From assembly GCA_030390025.1 (NCBI GenBank), contig CM059432.1, positions 64,482,001 to 64,546,000 of the forward strand: DNA of 64,000 bases, written 5' to 3'. The stretch is from Squalus acanthias. Lineage: Eukaryota. Made by a program: the position numbers and the translations under genes. Positions within the stretch are counted from its first letter, which is position 1, and each line of letters begins with the position of its first letter. The notes under the pieces are model-generated. The model was not told the origin of the DNA. It was given only the letters and a program-made list of their open reading frames with translations, and searched no databases. Below are positions 22,156-35,760 of this stretch, one piece after another.

Positions 22156-24259
22156 GTATTACCAAAGCTAAGCTATCATGGATAAATAAACATGTGAATG
22201 GATATATAAAAGTAAGCTTCAGGCTCCCATTAATATGTATTCCTCACATTCCTCATTGGCACTGTTCATTTCTATCATTTCACCTACACACAAAATATTT
22301 TCAATTACTGAGAGCAGCCAGTCACTCTTTTGAACAGGTTGTGTTGCTGAAGTCAATGAAAATGACAATCAGGAGAGATGTAAAATGGGCTGCCGATTCA
22401 CGATCACTCATTTTACACTGTGGCAGAAAGTCAAGATTTACTCCGCAGGGTCAAACAAGCAATAAAGCATTGCAGCAAAGAGCAAAAGTTACACAATGAA
22501 ATGGAGGGAGGGAGAGAATCAAAAGCTAAGTTGAAATTCCAGATGAGCCTAACCAAACAATAGTTGAGAAGAACAGCAGCAGCTTGAATGGGGCTAATAG
22601 TTAGGCAAAAGGAATTCTAACATAAGGCTTGACTACTTTCACCTTCAAATAAATGCATTTACCCAAATCTAACATTTGCCCTGAAATTAAAGGGCCAATT
22701 TTAACACCCCTCATTCCCCCCAACACCATCCCTCCCCCCACCCCACCCCCGGCCTGGTGGGAAAGGTGCAAGTTGGAGCTTAAGATGGCGGGTGGAGAGG
22801 TTTATGTTATGTTCCCGACGCATTCCTGCTCCCCACACCATTGTTGATTCCCTACTTTGAGGCACAGGGGCACTCCCAAAAGAGCAGAGGCCTAATTTAA
22901 ATGGCAGTGTTGTGTTCTGATGATGTCAACAGGACTCACAGGCCATTTTAACCATGAGCCCAACTAAGGCCCACACAGTCTCCAACACACCAGCGAAAGC
23001 AAGAATCCTGGCCACAGGAGGCTAAGGTAAGGGATTTTTATAAAGGTTCCTTGTGGGTCAGGAGAAGCAGGAGTGCTCCTCCTGGCCTGACCATGGTCAT
23101 CCTCTGCCCCAGGCTTCCCCCTACCCCATGATCACGGACATGCCGACCTCCACCTAAATCATTACTCACCTTGCCAGGCCTGTATCCATGGGTCCCCAGT
23201 GGTGGCCTAACCTCCCCCTCTAATTTTAACTCTTGCCCGGCGGCGGTGATGTTATTCCCGCCGGCTTTGGGTGAGAGGCAGAGTCGAATCATGTAACTAA
23301 GGCGTTCGAGGGGACCGGACGGTTCGTCGCCTGCTTCAGTCCCACAAAGTCGATTCTCGCTCCGAATCGGGGCTGCAATTTCTCCTTTGATTATCTTATG
23401 TTTTGTTGCTGTTGGACAGTGTAGGAGTGCTTTGTGCATTAAAGACATGTGGGCCCTAAAATGCCCCCATGGAACATTAGCTTGAAAACATTTAATGCAT
23501 TTGTCTGAAATTCCTCCCTTTGCTATTTTAGTAAAGATGTTAGCCTATTTAAAATAATTGGTTTACTTCCTAAAGTAGCAAAGAGGGGAATGTCAAACCA
23601 ATACATTAAATATTTGTACACTAGTATTCCACTGCCGAATTTTGAGGCTGCTGTTTGCATTACAGTTACCTATTAAATCTTTCTTATTGTTCTGCCACTG
23701 ATTAAATGTTTTCCAACTCCAGTAAATGTCTAAAGGGATTAGATTGAAAGTTGTTTCTGTAAGATTTGCCATAAACAAAAGTGAAGATTTAAAAAAAAAC
23801 TTTTGAAGATGATGCTTTTAAAAATGTTTCATTCTGATATGTGATTTTTTTTTACATAGTCTATCTATGGAACAAAGAAAGGCACAATTGTGCAAAACAA
23901 AAAATCAGTAATAGGAACCATCCAAGTTCGACGGGGGTATTAAACGGCCGCCCGATATACACTTTGCCCGATTTGCCTTTCCACATAGTAAAAGAAAGTC
24001 AGACAGGGTGTGCAACGGGCGGACAATCGCACATTGTCCATTTTACACCCCCGCCGAAGTTGAACGTTCCGCCCATAGTTTCCTGTGCAGAAAATGATAA
24101 GATATTGGGTCACGGCCAGAGATTTTGACTACCTCAGCCCTAGTCAACTTAAACCCAAGTCCTCTATCACTTTATTTTAAATAGACTCACTAGTCTCCAA
24201 TTGCTCCTTTAGACTCACACAATTCAACACATTTTTAAATATAGGATTTACTTTATTTC

Positions 24260-25030
24260 AACAACAAGAATTTACATTTATATAGCACCTTTAATGTAGA
24301 AAGATGTCTCAAAGTGCTTCACAGAAATATAATCAGACAAAAAATGGACACCAAGCCAAAGATAGAGATATTAGGAGGGGTGACCAAACGCTTGGTCAAA
24401 GAGATGTTTTTAATGAGGGTCTTCAAGGAGGGGAGGGAGATGGAGAGACAATGAGGTAATTATGAAGAGTAGCATCTGGATGGCTGAAGACATAACTGCC
24501 AATGGTGGGGTAAAGGGAAGGGCAGGTGCACAAGAGATCAGAATTGGAGGAATGCAGAATTCTGGAGGGTTGCAGGGCTGAAGAAGGCAACAGAGATAGG
24601 GAGGGGTGAAGATGTGAAGGGATTTAAACATAAGGATGACAATTTTAATTGGAGGCTTTGGGGACCGGGATCCAATGTAGGTCAGCGAGGATAGAGCTGC
24701 AGGATAGGATATGGGCAGCAGAGTTTTGGATGAGCTGAAGTTTGCAGAGAGTGGAGGATGGAAGGCCAGCCAGGATAGCATGGAAATAGGCTCGAGATGC
24801 CAAAGTCACAGATGAGGATTTCAGGAGCTCATGGGCTGAAGCAGGGGTGGAGGAGGGCAATGTACAGAGGTGAAAGTAGGACATTTTGCTGATGGAGAGG
24901 ATATGGGGCTGAGGTTACAATCAGTCTGGTTCATCCTGAGACAGTAGCTGGGGAAGGGATGGAATCGGTGGCAAGGGTACAGAGTCTGGGGCGGGGGTCG
25001 AAGCTGATGGCTTTGGCCATCCCAATGTTT
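24260..25030 (-). mobile_element. L2 LINE 3' fragment
   Basis: LAGLPSSTLCKLQLIQNSAA...LADLHWIP in ORF 24645..24884; L2-type terminus. Confidence 0.8.
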
Positions 25031-26139
25031 AATGTAAGCACATTTGAATTTGAATGAAATTTTGGAAAGAGAGTTAGGGGGCAGCTCGTTTTACACCCCA
25101 CAGAGTTCCTGTTCTATTGAAATCAATGGAAATCAAAATTGGGTGAAGTGTACAACAGGCTGCCGATTCACTATCGCCTATTTTGCAATATGAATTTCAT
25201 CCCCATAGTATTTAGTTTCCCTCTTAGTCCAATTGAGAAGTAAAATGCATGCAAATAAATCCTTGGCAGTCTATGGGGATTATGCACATCTTTATAACAA
25301 CATAAGAAAGCATTGAGCAAAAAAAGATTATTTGGCCCCTTAAGTCCCTTCCTTTCACAGATGACATGCAAGCCACTCTAATATGGATTCTACCCAACCC
25401 AACTCATTTTATTTCTTCATAAAGGGCTCTGCAACTTTTTTCCTCAAACATCAAATTTAAATTTAACACAATTCCAGAACCTTTTTGCCTCCAATATTAT
25501 TTATCTTTGACCAGGTCATTGTCAATGTCACCCTTAAGCTGTCAAACCAAAGTAATGGTTCTCATTCTCATTTCCACTTCTTATTCTCCACACAGTCCTT
25601 CCCTGTTGAGATGGCCAAGATCAGAAACGTAAGGTGTTATAGCTTGTCAATTATGGTGAAGCAAATGGCCTAGAATCTGATGCATGCTGCCCCTGAACTC
25701 AGAGTGTTAAAATTGGCAATCAATACAATTGTTCTAACATTTTGGTGAAATAGCACTGCTGATATAATCGATGAATATTTGCAATACAATACACTTTTGT
25801 TAGCTGCATTCTTCAAAGAGAAAGACTCTCCTGTCTCATTTGGCTACAACTTTTGACTTAGTGTGCAATAGCTATCGCACTTCACAAAATACTGGTCATA
25901 TTGCAAAGTCCAATTGATTTAAGACTTTAAATAAAAGCACTGCTATTTTCATTTCAATTCTGCCACTCGTTTTTCCTGGAGTACTTTTTTGCTATTACTA
26001 TAGCCAGTCTTTTGAAGTCAATTCATTTTTAAAAGCTTTTGTTTTAATGACTTAGTTCTTGGAATGTGGCTAACACTGGCAAGACAGCATTTATTGCCTA
26101 CCCTTTGTTACCATGAGAGCACTAAGAGTCAACCACATA

Positions 26140-27420
26140 GGCCGGAATTTTCTCCAGGGAGGCGGGTTGGGGGCGGGGGGCCTTCGAGGTGGGCGGGAAA
26201 CCCGGTCTCCCAACTTTAACAGCAGGGCCTGATTTGAATGTGAGGTCTCAGATTCCCGCCCGCAGCCAGCCAGATTAAGAGGCTGGCTGGCTGCTGGCGG
26301 GTAGGCCTGCAGATGTGAGGGGTCAGTCCGGGGGAGGGATCGCGGGGTGGGGGGGGGGGTCGGGGGGTCGGCAGTTGGGGATCGCTGGAGGGGCTTTTGG
26401 GGGGTCAGCAGTCGGGGATTGCGGGGGGGGGAGGTCGGGGGGTCGGCAGTCAGGGATCACGGGAGGGAGGTCAGGGGTCGGCAGTCAGGGATCACGGGGG
26501 GGAGATCGGGGGGGGTCGGCAGTCAGGGATCACGGGGGGGGAGGTCGGGGGTCGGCAGTCAGGGATCACGGGGGGGAGATCGGGGGGGTCGGCAGTCAGG
26601 GATCACGGGAGGGAGGTCAGGGGTCGGCAGTCAGGGATCACGGGGGGGAGATCGGGGGGGTCGGCAGTCAGGGATCACGGGGGGGAGGTCGGGGGTCGGC
26701 AGTCAGGGATCGCGGGGGGGAGGTCGGGGTCGGCAGTCAGGGATCGCGGGGGGGAGGTCGGGGGGTCGACAGTCAGGGATCACGGGAGGGAGGTCAGGGG
26801 TCGGCAGCCAGGGATCGCGGGGTGGAGGTAAGCAGTCAGGGATCGGGGATCGCGGGAAGAAGTCGGCAGTGGAGGATCGGGGATCGCAGGTAGGGGGGTC
26901 CGGCGGGTCGGCAGTGGAGAATCGGGGATTGCGGGCGGAGGGGGGTCGATGGGGGGTGGTGGCAACCGGAGCATCGGCAGGGGGATCTCGGCCAGGGGGG
27001 TTGGAGGATCGGCGGGGTGTGGGGCGTGAGTCGCCCGGGGATCGTGGGGGGTCAGGGATTGGGGATCGACGGGGGGGAGAGAGGATCGGGGTCGGCCACC
27101 GGAGGATTGTGGCCGGCCTCAGCATCATCAGTGGGGTGGGAGGGGGCCTCATGGTGGGGATCGAAGGCCTGGGAAGGCGATCGGAGCCCTCGTGGGGGTG
27201 GTCTCTGATCGCGGGGGGTGGGTTAGGTAGGGACCCTGGATCCAGGTGGCAGGAATAAAGCCACTTCCCTCCTGGATGCAGCAGTCCTCTGTTTAACTGC
27301 CGGGTTTCACGAATTATGTAAAACCCGTTCACATGCAGTTAAATTCAAAATGGAGCTGTAAAAAGAGGCTTCCTGCCTCATTATAATATTTAAATTGACA
27401 TACCGCCCCTGGGAGCTGAG
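26140..27420. mobile_element. GC-rich Harbinger-type non-autonomous element hosting a G-rich minisatellite; right terminus not found
   Basis: Left terminus GGCCGGAATTTT; 27300-27410 resembles the subterminal region of the element at 46738-47980. Confidence 0.55.
26330..26950 (+). repeat. G-rich minisatellite, unit ~33-36 bp (GGGGGTCGGCAGTCAGGGATCACGGGGGGGAGGTC)
   Basis: More than a dozen visible copies of TCGGCAGTCAGGGATC separated by G runs of variable length. Confidence 0.95.
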
Positions 27421-28899
27421 GAAGCAATCTCTTTTCGTGGCTCAAATGTTGTTTGTGATTGTGAAGTGTGACTAGTAGCCACGGTAACTAATTAAGTTAT
27501 TCTTGCTTTAAAATTAATGAACACTATTTTGTTTCCAATTTATTTGTTTAAATGGTGAATGGGTCAAATCTGATTCAAGTTAAAAATCCTTGATTTTACC
27601 TACATTTGCAGATCTAATAAAAATAAAAATTGCTCATGGCAGTCGATCAGCATCTGAAAAAAATAGGTTAGTGTTTTGGATGTAGCCCCTTCTTCAGAAT
27701 TTCCTCATTTTAGATTTCCAGCATTTGCAGTTTTTTTCTTCTTTACCTTTGTAATCCTTTACTTGTTTTAAGCTTATATATTACTGTCACTGTGATTTGG
27801 TTATATAACTAAATAAGGAATATAATGTCCTGGCAATAAAAGCTTTGAATAGCATTTTTGAATTGCCAGAAACACTTTTGTTGCAGCTTATACAAGAACA
27901 ATAGCTATAAAATGAAATGACTAGAAACTCAAATTCCTCAGGTTATGTACTACACATACATGAATACATTGTTGTCTCGGCTCTCACCCTGTCTCACTGA
28001 TGTCCCAGTGGGATGTAGGACTGGCTTGCCAAGATTGGTGTTGACTATTTCACAACACCCTTAACTATCACACTTGCCTCTGTTCCATTGTCGTGTGGAT
28101 GATAAGATACCTAGAGGGATCTGTTGGCTAAGCCTTACTTGGATTTTCAAAAGTTAAATAGAAATTAAAGCATCTAGAATGTTGAAACTGCTTTCATAAG
28201 CAACAAAGACATCTAGAGATGGTGGATTGTCTCCTACATAATGGTTTCTACAACACACACACATATACACACAGGGCTTTCCAGATGTATTACTTCCTCA
28301 CTTTAAAAACAAACAAAGGAATACAAAAAAGCTAAGGATGAGGAAAGAATATGTGGCTCACTGAAGCTCATCCCCTAACTCTCTCATGACAACGTCCAAC
28401 TGCATTTTAAATGCCAGATTATTCCAAAATCTTTAAATTTTATTTTGTCCAGTTTTACTTTTCTGGTTGATGATGAAATATCTGGTCTATGATTCTATGA
28501 AGAAATAATACTTTAGGTTTGCCTATCTATACCATTTAATATTTTATATAGCTTAATGAGACACCTATTAACCTTTTTTATTCTAGAGTGTAAAGCATGA
28601 GCTTCACTTAATTTTTAAATAGCATTTTTAAAGGAACTCCCATGAGTCTCAAATGTTTACACATTTGAATTGCACTGCAGCAGAATGATACATTCTAGAT
28701 TTTATTTCAGTGAATTGATTAAAATATAATTCACAGAAGGCTCCTTGGATTCTCCAGGATTAGACATTCTAGAGAATTTAGATACAGTTTCCTTTTCCCA
28801 GCACATGGTAAATAATCAATTGCATTTTAAATTAGAAGAATAAGTATCTGAAGTTTAATAGCGTTTATTAAATTTTAAATAGTAACAAATGTGTTTATT

Positions 28900-29140
28900 A
28901 TTTTACGCAGTGAGTTGTTATGATCTGAAATGCATTGCCTGAAAGGGTGCATAAATAAATAAATGAAAGCAGACTCAATAGTAACTTTCAAAAGGGAATT
29001 GGCTAAATAGTTGAAGGGGAAAAATTTACAGGGCTGTGGGGAAAAAGCAGGGGAGTGGGACTAATTGGATAGCACTTTGAAAAAGCCGGCACAGGCACGA
29101 TGGGCTGAATGGCCTCCTTCTGTGCTGTAAGATTCTATGA
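28900..29140 (+). mobile_element. CR1 3' end fragment
   Basis: Ends gatgggctgaatggcctccttctgtgctgtaagattctatga; similar to 51680-51895. Confidence 0.75.
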
Positions 29141-29569
29141 ACCCTACTGGAAAAAGGAATTTAACCCTCAACCTTTCAATTAAATATAAAATGTATTGTG
29201 CATTTTTTTTTGACGTACAACTGAGGAGGTTGAAGAACAGTACAAACATTCCTAGCCTAACTGTACACATGAAGATGCAATTCTACATGTTTGGAAATAG
29301 TAATCTATCAGAATGAATTAGCCAGGGAAATTAAACTATGTTTGAGCTGCTAAGTGATTATAAACTATCACCAGTCACTATCCCTTGAGGGTACCTTGTA
29401 AAAAGTCACAAAGTTATGTCAAGCTAATGTGTAGAACTTATTCTGGCTGAAAAAAAAAATCCAATTAATGTCTAGAGCTGTGGTTTATGACCTTTGGTGC
29501 CTGTGTGATTTTCAGATTGTTTTCTCTGTTGCTTTCACATCCACTTCATTCCAGTCTTTTTCTTCCTTT

Positions 29570-29880
29570 ACATCAGGAGGCATTGGAGAGGTGATCTTAA
29601 GATAGTTAAGGGAATGGAAAAGATAAAGCTGGATTACTACTTCAAATTACACAATTATTACAATGAGACACGGGTTCAAACTAGTAAAAGGTAAATTTAG
29701 GATTGATGTCAGGAAATTCTTCTTCACACAAAGAGTGATCAATGTATGAAATAGACTTCCAGATAGAGTAGTGGAAGTGAATACCCTGGAATCATTTAAG
29801 AGACAATTGGATGCTACAATGGAGAGACTTTAGGATCTTACTGGACGGATGAATTTAGATGGACCGAATGGCCTTCCTCT
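29570..29880 (+). mobile_element. Old CR1 3' fragment
   Basis: aggaggcattggagaggtgatct...aggaaattcttcttcacacaaagagtgatc...gaccgaatggcct. Confidence 0.65.
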
Positions 29881-30064
29881 ATAATTATCTTGTGGCCATT
29901 CAAATAGTATATGGTAAGATGACCTGAAATATTTATGAAATTGAACTGTGTCTCTTGAGGAGAGTTAATCACTGGGAGATTTTCCTGAGATGTGTTTCAG
30001 TGCAATCTCTCTGTGACCAGATAGTTGTACTGCATGTGCAATATTTTGTTTCCTACTATTTCAG

Positions 30065-30157
30065 TGTAAGACCTACGCATGTGTGCTGGAGAGTCACCTC
30101 ATGGGACTGACAATAGACTTCAATATGGGTTTTGTATGCTTTGATGCTGCATCAAAG
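30065..30157 (+). CDS. SNTG1: Gamma-1-syntrophin coding exon (CKTYACVLESHLMGLTIDFNMGFVCFDAASK)
   Basis: ctatttcag acceptor, GTAAGA donor, 93 nt. Confidence 0.93.
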
Positions 30158-30998
30158 GTAAGATACTAAGTTTAAGTTCGCCTTTTCATTAACATTAATT
30201 TAGTTGAAAATGACCACAATGCTCTTTCTGCTCAATATTCAAGCACTGCAGGCTCAATTGAATTTGCAATGCTTTATCACAAAGCTGCCACAAAAGTTGA
30301 ATCAGAGCATATTTTAATTAGATTTCTTCACAAAAAACCTTCATGTCAGATACTTTACACCACATGGAAACCTAAATTTGAATTAATACCCTGTAGTGTA
30401 CGAACTATAATAAGTCTGTATTTTTAAGTATATTTCTTGCTAAGCTCTTTTACGATAGAAAGTCATTTTCTTTATATTTAATTAAACTTTGTAAAGTCAG
30501 TTGAAATTTACTGTCATGTCAGTTAATATGGTAAATTAATCAACATTAATAGTAAAGGTCTCTTAATAATTTCTTATTATTGACTATTCAAATCCATTCA
30601 TATAATTTCATATTCAAATATGAACATAAATCAATCAGTTCCTTTTCATATAACATGTAAAAATATTTATATAGTTTGTGAACCTATCCAGCTTACTCAC
30701 TGAGCACAGAGAGCTTTATTCACTGTGCTAATTAAAGTCATATATCACCGCTACTAGACAGACAACTCACAGGGTAGGTTTACCTCTTCCCTACACCCAG
30801 GGAATTGGCATTCCAAGACACAAGGGAGAGGGAAATGGGCCAGAGACCCATTACACAGATCTCTGCTCCCCTTATGCTGCTCCTGGATTTTCTGGGGCTT
30901 TTGCTGGCGATGTAAGTGGGCCTGCACCTGTAGGAGGTGCAGGGCTAATGATCTGGTTTAAATGAGATGGGAGGGGATGTTCACGACCCCCTGCCAAA

Positions 30999-33552
30999 GC
31001 GTCGCAGGCAAGGCCAGCATTTATTGCCCATCTCTAATTGCCCTTGAGAAGGTGGTGGTGAGCCGCCTTCTTGAACCACTGCAGTCCGTGTGGTGAAGGT
31101 ACGCCCACAGTGCTGTTAGGGAGAGAGTTCCAGGATTTTGACCCAGTGATGATGAAGGATCGGTGATATTATTCAAAGTCAGGATGGTGTGTGACTTGGA
31201 GGGGAACTTGGAGTGGTGGTGTTCCCATGCATCTGCTGCCCTTGTCCTTCTAGGTGGTAGAGGTTGTGGATTTAGGAGGTGCTGCCGAAGAAGCCTTGGT
31301 GAGTTGCTGTAGTGCATCTTGTAGATGGTACACACTGCAGCTACGGTACGCCGGTGGTGGAGGGAGTGAATGTTTAAGGTGGTGGATGGGGTGCCAATCA
31401 AGTGGGCTGCTTTGTCCTGGATGGTGTCGAGCTTCTTGAGTGTTGTTGGAGCTGTGGAGAGTATTCCATCACACTTTTTTGTGCCTTGTAGATGGTAGAA
31501 AGGCTTTGGAGAGTCAGGAGGTGAGACACTCGCCACAGAATGCCCAACCTCTGACCTGTTCTTGTAGCCACAGTATTTATGTGGCTGTTCCAGTTAAGTT
31601 TCTTGTCAATGGTGACCCCCCCCATGATGTTGATGGTGTGGGATTCGACGATGGTAATGCCGTTGAATGTCAAGAGGCGGAGGTTAGACTCTCTCTTGTT
31701 GGAGATAGTCATTGCCTGGCACTTGTGTGGCACGAATGTTACTTGCCTCTTATCAGCCCAAGCCTGAATGTCGTCCAGGTCTTGCTGCATGGGGGCATAG
31801 ACTGCTTCATTATCTGAGGAGTTGTGAATGGCACTGAACACTGTGCAATCATCAGCGAACATCCCCACTTCTGACCTTATGATGGAGGGAAGGTCATTGA
31901 TGAAGCAGTTGAAGATAGTTGGGCCTAGGACACTGCCCTGAGGAACTCCTGCAGTGATGTTCTGGGATGTGATGATTGGCCTCCAACAGCCACAACCATC
32001 TATCTTTGTGCTAGGTATGCCTCCAACCAGTGGAGAGTTTGACCCCTGATTCCTATTGACTTCAATTTTACTCTTGCTCCTTGATGCCACACTCAGTCAA
32101 ATGCTGCCTTGATGTCAAGGGCAGTCACTCTCACCTCACCTCTGGAATTCAGCTCTTTAGTCCATGTTTGGACCAAAGCTGTAATGAGGTCTGGAGCCAA
32201 GTGGTCCTGGCAGACCTAAACTTTGCATCGGTGAGCAGATTATTGGTGAATAAGTGCCGCTTGATAGCACTGTTGATGACACCTTCCATCACTTTACTGA
32301 TGATTGAGAGTAGACTGATGGGGCGGTAATTGGCCGGATTGGATTTGTCCTGCTTGTTGTGGACAGGACATACCTGGGCAGTTTTCCACATTGATGGGTA
32401 GATGCCAGTGTTGTAGCTGTACTGGAACAGCTTGCTAGAGGCACGGCTAGTTCCGGAGCACAAGTCTTCAGCACGATAGCCGGGATGTTGTCGGGGCCCA
32501 TACCCTTTGCTGTATCCAGTGTGCTCAGATGTTTCTTGATAGCACGTGGAGTGAATTGAATTGAAGCCGCCTTCCCCATGAAAATCCACCCCTCTGTCTC
32601 TGTCTATCTTTCGGTCGCTCTCTCACTCCTAATGGAAATGTCGTGCTTCTAGCCCTTTAAGCTGCAGCAACCTTTGAACAGCTGCAGTTAGAACCGATTC
32701 CTCCCCCCCCCACCCCCGTCCCACCCCCTCCCAGCAATATAGATGGTGGGGCCCTCAGGAGGAGGCCGAGATGGATCATCCACTCGGCACTACTGGATGA
32801 AGATGGTTGCAAACACTTCAGCCTTGTCTTTTGCACTCACGTGCTGAGCTCCTCCATCTTTGAGGATGTGGATGTTCATGGAGCCTCTAACAAATTAGTT
32901 GTTTAATTGTCCACCACCATTCACGACTGGATGTGGCAGAACTGCCGAACTTTAATCTGGTTGTGGAATCACTTAGCCCTGTCTATAGCATGCTGCTTCT
33001 GCTGTTTAGCATGCATGTAGTCCTGTGTTACAGCTTCCCCAAGTTGGCAGCTCATTTTTAGGTACGCCTGGTGCTGCTCCTGGCATGCTCTTCTACACTC
33101 CTTATTGAACCAGGGTTGGTCCCCTGGCTTGATGTTAATGGTAGAGTAACGGACATGCCAGGCCATGAGGTTACAGATTGTGGTGGAATACAGTTCTGTT
33201 GCTGCTGATGGCCCAAAGTGCCTCATGGATGCCCAGTTTTGAACTGCTAGATCTATTCTGAATTTACCCCATTTAGCATGGTGGTAAGTGGCATACAACA
33301 CGATGGAGGGTGTCCTCAATGTGAAGACGGGACTTCATCTCCACAAGATCTGTGCAGTGGTCACTGCTACCAATATTGTCATGGACAGGTGCTTCTGCCA
33401 CAGGTAAATTGGTGAGGATGAGATCAAGTAGGTTTTTCCCCTCGTGTTGGTTCTCTCACCACCTGTCGCAGGCCCAGTCTGGTAGCTGTGTCCTTCAGGA
33501 CTCGGCCAGCTCGGTCAGTAGTGATGCCTCTGAGCCACTCTTGGTGATGGAC
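30999..33552 (-). mobile_element. LINE family B, 5'-truncated within the endonuclease region, carrying a templated insertion at 32564-32742
   Basis: [45 protein letters not shown] in the ORF track; 3' tail as in the other copies. Confidence 0.92.
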
Positions 33553-34821
33553 ACCCCCCCAACCGATGATCCTGTGGCCGGCCCAATCATCTGGTGGTCA
33601 GCCCCGATCTCTTGCTTGTCTCCCCCGTCAACCCACCCCGGTCCCTCAACTGCCCTGATTCTTGCTTCCCCCCTGCACCCCCCCCCCCCTCCCTGGTCTC
33701 TCGATGGGTCCCCGATCTCTTGCTTCCACCTCCCCCCGGTCCTCTGGAGGCCGGCACTGGCCCCCACCCGTTCCCTCCCTCCCTCCTCCGTGCAGCCTAG
33801 TGCCGCAGGCCTACCCACTCACAGCCAACCAGCCTCTCCATCTGGCTGGTTGCAGGTGGGAAACAGAGGCTTCAGATGCAAGTCAGGCCCTGCCATTAAC
33901 CGGCAGGGCCTGTGAGAAACCCTGTTCTCCCGGAATTCCCATCTGCATCAGAGCCCCTCCCACCCCCAAGCTGCCTTCCCCATGAAAATCCACCCCTCTG
34001 TCTCTGTCTATCTTTCGGTCGCTCTCTCTCTCCTAATGGAAACGCTGTGCTTCTAGCCCTTTAAGCTGCAGCAACCTTTGAACAGCTGCAGTTAGAACCG
34101 ATTCCTCCCCCACAACCCCCGCCCACCCCCGCCCCACCCCCTCCCAGCAATATAGTATTAATCAGAGCAAGATTGCCTCTGTAAACCCACCCTAAATATT
34201 AAATTAGCCCTCCCCCCACACAAGGAAAATACAGTCAGATGCTGGTGGGATCACATGGATGGATGGAAATCCTTTATTGCCATTTTTCTGATGGGCCCAG
34301 GAAAATCCAGGCCAGTGACCCACCAGCTTGCGAGCAACATCAGGACTTACCCTCTGTGGCTGTTTTTAGCTGTTTATGCCATTTCTCCGGGGGTCCGCGA
34401 AAATTATAGGCATATATATTAAAATGTTTAGTTCAATATTGAATGCAGCCCAGCAGTGCTTCTCTCAAGTGGCCATTCATTCTGTGTGAATCTCGGTAGT
34501 CAGAAACAGTGGCCTATCCAATTGTGTGGCATTAAATCCAAGCTCAGTTCTATCTTTACATGTATTGCACCACTTCCACTATGGGTCACTGGATACCAAT
34601 TGAAAGCAGGAGTCTTGGGTGATTTTTATTTGCTCCTCTTTAGCCTGGGACAGCTGAGAATAAATGCAGAGGTACAATCCCAGCAAAGATTAGCTAATTT
34701 AGATGGGTTGTTTCAAGGCAAGGTTGACTCTACAACCCACAAACAAATTTACAAGCCTGGCTCATGAGTGTAACAAGAATCATATCCAATGCTTCTGTAT
34801 CTAGTATATCATAAAGAAAGG

Positions 34822-35267
34822 AGAAAGAACTTGCCTTCACACAGCATCTTTCACATCCTCAGAGCATCCCAAATAGCTTCAAAGCCAATAATTACTTTTG
34901 GAGCTGCCTTCACTGTTATATAGGCAAATACAGTAGCCAATTTTCAAATGGCAAAGTCGCACATACAAAAAAATGAATGAATGACTAGATAATTTGTTTT
35001 GTTTTGAATTTATGGTGCAGTTGAGGTCAAGACACCAGGATAACCTCTTGTCCTTGAAATAGCACCATGGAATCTTTTATACTCATCTGAACAGATAGGT
35101 GTGGCCTTAATTGAACGTCTCCAATGAAAGACACCTCCCACAATACAGCACTCCCTCAGCACTGCCAAGTTTCAACCTAGACTATGTGATCAGGTCGTAG
35201 GAGTGGGGCTGGATCACACAATTTATTGAGACTGAGATGAAAGTGCTACCACTGAGCTACACTGACA
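34822..35267 (-). mobile_element. tRNA-headed SINE with a Deu-domain-like core and L2-like tail (DeuSINE/SacSINE1-like)
   Basis: Minus strand starts TGTCAGTGTAGCTCAGTGGTAGCAC (A box); core gctgagggagtgctgtattgt; homologous to 46085-46427. Family name from recollection. Confidence 0.65.
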
Positions 35268-35314
35268 TTCGAAAGGTGGCACAAACTGGATTTAACAATG
35301 TGAAAAATGGTTCA

Positions 35315-35760
35315 CTCATCACCCCTGTGCTCGATGACCTACATTGGCTCCAGGTTAAGCAACGCCTCGATTTTTAAATTCTCATCCTTGTTTTCAATAT
35401 CCCTCCATGGCCTCGCCCCACCCTATCTCTGTAACCTCCTCTAGCCCCACAACCCCCCGAGATATCTGCACTCCTTCAATTCTGGCCTCGAGCATCCCTG
35501 ATTATAATCGCTCCACCATTGGCAGCCGTGCCTTCAGCTGCCTAGGCCCTAAGCTCTGGAATTGCCTCTCTAAACCTCTCCGCCTCTCTACCTCTCTTTT
35601 CTCCTTTAAGACACTCCTTAAAACCTACCTCTTGGTCATTGCCCTAATATCTACTTATGTGGCATGGTGTCAAATTTTGTTTTATAATGCTCCTGTGAAG
35701 CACCTTGGGATGTCTTACTACGTTAAAGGCACTATATAAATATAAGCTGTTGTTGTTGTT
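35315..35760 (+). mobile_element. L2 LINE 3' fragment
   Basis: ITPVLDDLHWL, STIGSRAFSCLGPKLWNCL; tail aaaggcactatataaatataagctgttgttg. Confidence 0.82.

Noticed and set aside
26315..27332. Long Gly/Arg/Ser- and Pro-rich ORFs (192, 303, 209 aa)
   Set aside because: They are translations of the G-rich minisatellite, open in several frames, with no gene structure.
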